DNA of 64,000 nucleotides from Phyllosticta citribraziliensis (Eukaryota): NCBI RefSeq assembly GCF_038025025.1, contig NW_027117348.1, positions 1,178,001 to 1,242,000 of the forward strand, read 5' to 3'. Shown piece by piece: positions 60,536 to 64,000 of this stretch (position 1 is its first letter; each line of letters starts with the position of its first letter). The notes under the pieces were generated by a model. It saw only the letters and a program-made list of their open reading frames with translations, ran no database searches and was not told where the DNA came from. The position numbers and the translations under genes were made by a program.

Positions 60536-63260
60536 ATGGAACCAATCTGGGAATCGCTCAAGGAGGCCATCCGCGACCTCTACCTCGTGCAAAATGAGTC
60601 AAAAAAACACGTCATGTCCGAAATGAAACGGCTTCACGGGTTTGCAGCAACGTACGTCCTACAGGGGGCTTCCCATGGAAATTAACTGACCTCGTGCGTG
60701 ACAGAGAAGCGCAGTACGAGCGTCAACTCAAGAAGTGGAACTTCCGGAAGAATCTGTCCTCAAAAGAGTGGGCTCATGTTGCTCGTCGGGTGGAGAAAAG
60801 AAAACTTGAAGGACGTGACAGCCATGTGCTCCTGAATGGTAAGCGTGTGCCAGCAGAGAAACTGCAAAAGAAAGCGTCTACTTGCGGTTATCAGACTACC
60901 TGGGATAAGCTGCAGGCCGGCCTTCAAGGTGAGGTGGTTCTTCTTTCGCAGCGTTGAATTTTACTGACAAAGTGTTGAGCCTCCGAGCCTCGCAGCCCCA
61001 CCCCAGAGGGCGTTGCGATATGCACCCCTCCAGAATCTCCAGGCAACAAACGTCAAGAGGTTACGGAAAGCATTCCACTTCCTTCGCCAACGCGTACATC
61101 CCCGTCATATTCTGGGATGTATTCAACCAACACTTTCCTGGAACCACCGACACATGCAACTGGGCTAGAGCATGGAGATGTAAACCCTGAAAGCCCAAGA
61201 CTGGCTCGGAGCAGAATTGGCCGCTCGATTTCGACGCGCAGGCGAACGAAAAGACGCGAGGAGCTTCTGGCTACCACTAGAGAGACTACCCAGTCGAGTG
61301 CTCCGAGCAGGATTGGCCGCCCAATTTCGGCGCGCGGACGAACAAACAGACGACACGATCTTCTGACTTCCATTAGAAGGACCATCCAGTCGAGTTCAAC
61401 GATGCAGGAATTTACTGCCATGTCTCGGGTCGACACAATCGCCGGAAAAATGCTTCGGGAGGCGCTCCTGCTGGACAATCTCAAGATGGTCACCGAAATA
61501 CTTGTTCACTCAAAGCAGGATGTCGTGAACGAGCGCATTTTTGAAGAATCTCACGACCAAGAACTCCGAGAATGGTGCCTCCGTCTGCCAATCGAATGTG
61601 CTATACTTTGTCGGAATGTCGCAGCAACTAAGCTACTCTTAGGTTATGGGGCACAAACAGAAACCATTAAGCTCAAGGCAATTGGAATCGACACAATTTC
61701 GCTCGAATACAGTCCTGTAGATCCGTTCAATCGAGATCAATGCATCGCCGAAGCCAAAGAAGTCTTGCATCATCTCAGCGAAAGTGGACCCGAGCGAATC
61801 TCTCCATTTTTGCTGTTTTCGGTCTCCACAATCGCGGGGGATTCAAAGACCGTGGACTCAAATTCACACACGGCTTTCATGAAGCGCGTTGCAAAAGGGT
61901 CCAAAGGACACGAGGCACTTGCAATCGCCGCTCAATTAAGCCACCTCGACGTTGTTCGAGCACTCCTGAATGCTGGAGCGCCTCCCAATCAAGAGATTGA
62001 ATGTTCACGGCCATTTGTCCGCCAATATTCTGGGCCACAAAGCACGGTCATCTCAAAATGGTCAATCTGCTTCTCCAAAGTGGGGCGCGGACCGAGAGAC
62101 CACACTGTCTTCATGGGTCTCCAGGCAAAGGATCACGCCATGAACTCTACAATCAATCCATTTCCGCGCTCCCAACCGTGCTTCAGCTTGCCTTGGCCCA
62201 GAAGGACGATTCGATGGCTAAAACTCTATTACTCCATGGCGCTGACCCTGAACCTGCCCAGATCAATGGATCTACTGGACCATTCCGACACTTGCACCAA
62301 AAGAAAATCCTGCGAATTAGGCTCGGAAATCACAGGGGAGACGTTTACAGCTCTAAATTGCTTTCGTTGCTTCGTAAAGCCCAAAGATGGGACAGACCTC
62401 TCAAGGTTGCCTCATTCTGTGAATTCCTGGGGGCGCATGTACAGCCGGAGGGCATTCGACTGCGTCTCGACCATGGCAAACCCGGGACTCTCAGTTTTCT
62501 ACAGGCCGCCGCATGGAAATGGGACGTGCCCATGATGAAGAAGTCTCTTGAAAAGAGGGGGAACATCAATTGCGTCAACAGCGAAGGCTTGACACCGCTT
62601 CACATGCTCTTCTTGAATCCTTGGCGATTCCATTCCAACAGCCACTCTTTCAAGGAGCTTCAAAAGGCGTTGACCTTCATGGTGGACAATGGGGCCAAAT
62701 TCAACAGCCTGAAAACACCCGCGCCCTTAATACTCGTCATAGCTGATGCGATTTCTCATATGGAACCTCAAGACGGAATGGAACTCTTCGATTTCTTGGT
62801 CAACCAGGGCCTTACTTGCGACGATCCACGCGCGCTCGAAAAAGCAGTAGCGCATCGGTGCTACTGGCTTCTTAGTGCATTACTGGAAATCAGAATAAAC
62901 AACCCTCATTTGCAGCATCCTGCCCTCATAAAGGCTGTCACGAATGCGGATCGATCAGCAGTTGAGATACTGTTGCAGTGTAAAAGAAGCGCTTCTCTCC
63001 CATGCACCATGGAAGCACTAAAAAAAGCCTGTCTCATGGTTCACAACCACGCAATGATCAGACTGCTGATCGACCTTGGAGTTCCTACCGAGAAACCCAA
63101 CATAAAGCAGGATTGCATGTTTTTACCTCCGTGCGGCGATTATCTTTGGCCACATGAAGGGCGTGTTGCCCTGACCGCAGTATTGGCAGCAAAGGCAGGC
63201 TCGAGCGCTTCGACTAATTTAGCCCTGTCGACTGATCAGCGCGGGTGGGAGCAGAACTGA
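60536..63260 (+). pseudogene. Clr5-domain + ankyrin-repeat protein with an apparent -1 frameshift near 62000; exons 60536-60651, 60705-60928, 60980 onward
   Basis: Clr5 motif WESLKEAIRDLYL...MKRLHGFAAT-EAQYERQLKKWNFRKN. Ankyrin motifs ALAIAAQLSHLDVVRALLNAGA (frame of 61117) and PIFWATKHGHLKMVNLLLQSGA, GLTPLHML (frame of 62001), with no intron between them. Confidence 0.75.
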
Positions 63261-63741
63261 CTTGGAGAACCAAGAACAGAAATCGTCTGATTTCAGCTCT
63301 TGTTGGGTTTTCCACAATTCACACTGGTCCGACGGGCGAAGGTTTCGCCCACGCTCCGGCCTAGTCGTCTCGGCTTCCGAAACGGGCTTGACGTTGTGGT
63401 TGCTGGTACCCGCGCCAAGTATAACGTCATGGCACATGCATGCCGTGAGAATCTACCAGAGAAATCCACTGGACTGGCACAATGTTGTTTCGAAATAATG
63501 CAGTCCCGAGGAAGCCTTGCGAGGTACGGCCGGTGCGAACGACGTCACTGCTCGCCATGACGTTGTCCAAATCCCTTTCTATGTACCCAAGGACATATTT
63601 AAGTCGACCTCATTCGCCATGGCTACAACGAGACACCAAGTCAACGCAGAAATACATTTCAATCAGCTGAAAACTGCCTCCAAGCTTTCAGACCCAGAAA
63701 ACCTTTCAACTTCTACAGCAGACATTTCAAGAATCCCCGCT

Positions 63742-63981
63742 ATGAATTCCGCCCCTAACAACCCTCAAACTGGCCCCACGAAGCCTCCTGTCGGCCCTGC
63801 AAAAGTCAACGTTGGTCCAAAGCACGGCGTTGATGTCCAAACAGGAGGTCCCAAGCCCACGGGAGTCAAGGTCGGGGCAAAAAATGGAGTCGACGTAAAT
63901 GTCGGCGGAAAGAAACCAGTCGGCGTCAAGGTCGGCTGGAAGGGAGTCCATGTCAATGTCGACGGCAAGAAGATTATGTAG
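63742..63981 (+). CDS. Small Gly/Val/Lys-rich protein (79 aa) with three ~20-aa beta-strand repeats
   Basis: ATG at 63742. Repeats VNVGPKHGVDVQTGGPKPTG / VKVGAKNGVDVNVGGKKPVG / VKVGWKGVHVNVDGKK are conserved at amino-acid level with synonymous divergence. Confidence 0.65.
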   Translation: MNSAPNNPQTGPTKPPVGPAKVNVGPKHGVDVQTGGPKPTGVKVGAKNGVDVNVGGKKPVGVKVGWKGVHVNVDGKKIM

Positions 63982-64000
63982 ACACGGGGACACGACGTAT

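Overview
Eukaryotic DNA from a filamentous ascomycete. The evidence is short GT-AG introns with CTRAC branch sites, GC3-rich core genes and SSR-rich intergenic DNA. A Dothideomycete-like origin is only an inference. Conserved genes: an F-box-like protein, an MFS transporter (allantoate/nicotinate-permease type), a DUF1857/AtaL-like protein, an NCBP3-like cap-binding protein, a Myb-like protein, the C2H2 factor Rpn4, PRELI/Ups2, a PNGase A-family amidase and a DUF1279/Nat2-like protein. The stand-out is a ~1,790-aa secreted polyprotein (28.3-33.7 kb, minus strand) that looks like a Kex2-processed repeat precursor. It carries eight distinct single-disulfide loop peptides (one Arg/Trp-rich and antimicrobial-like), eight 25-aa His/Gly repeats ending in ERR, and a duplicated ~77-aa C-terminal module. 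Next to it is an accessory-looking patch (34-44 kb) with an APH-like kinase flanked by fragments of itself, a degenerate Zn-cluster gene and a C2H2 pseudogene. The window ends with a frameshifted Clr5-ankyrin gene, head-to-head with a small membrane protein across a CCAAT-rich promoter, followed by a small beta-repeat peptide ORF. Exon models were read by eye, and family calls rest on motif recognition, not database searches.
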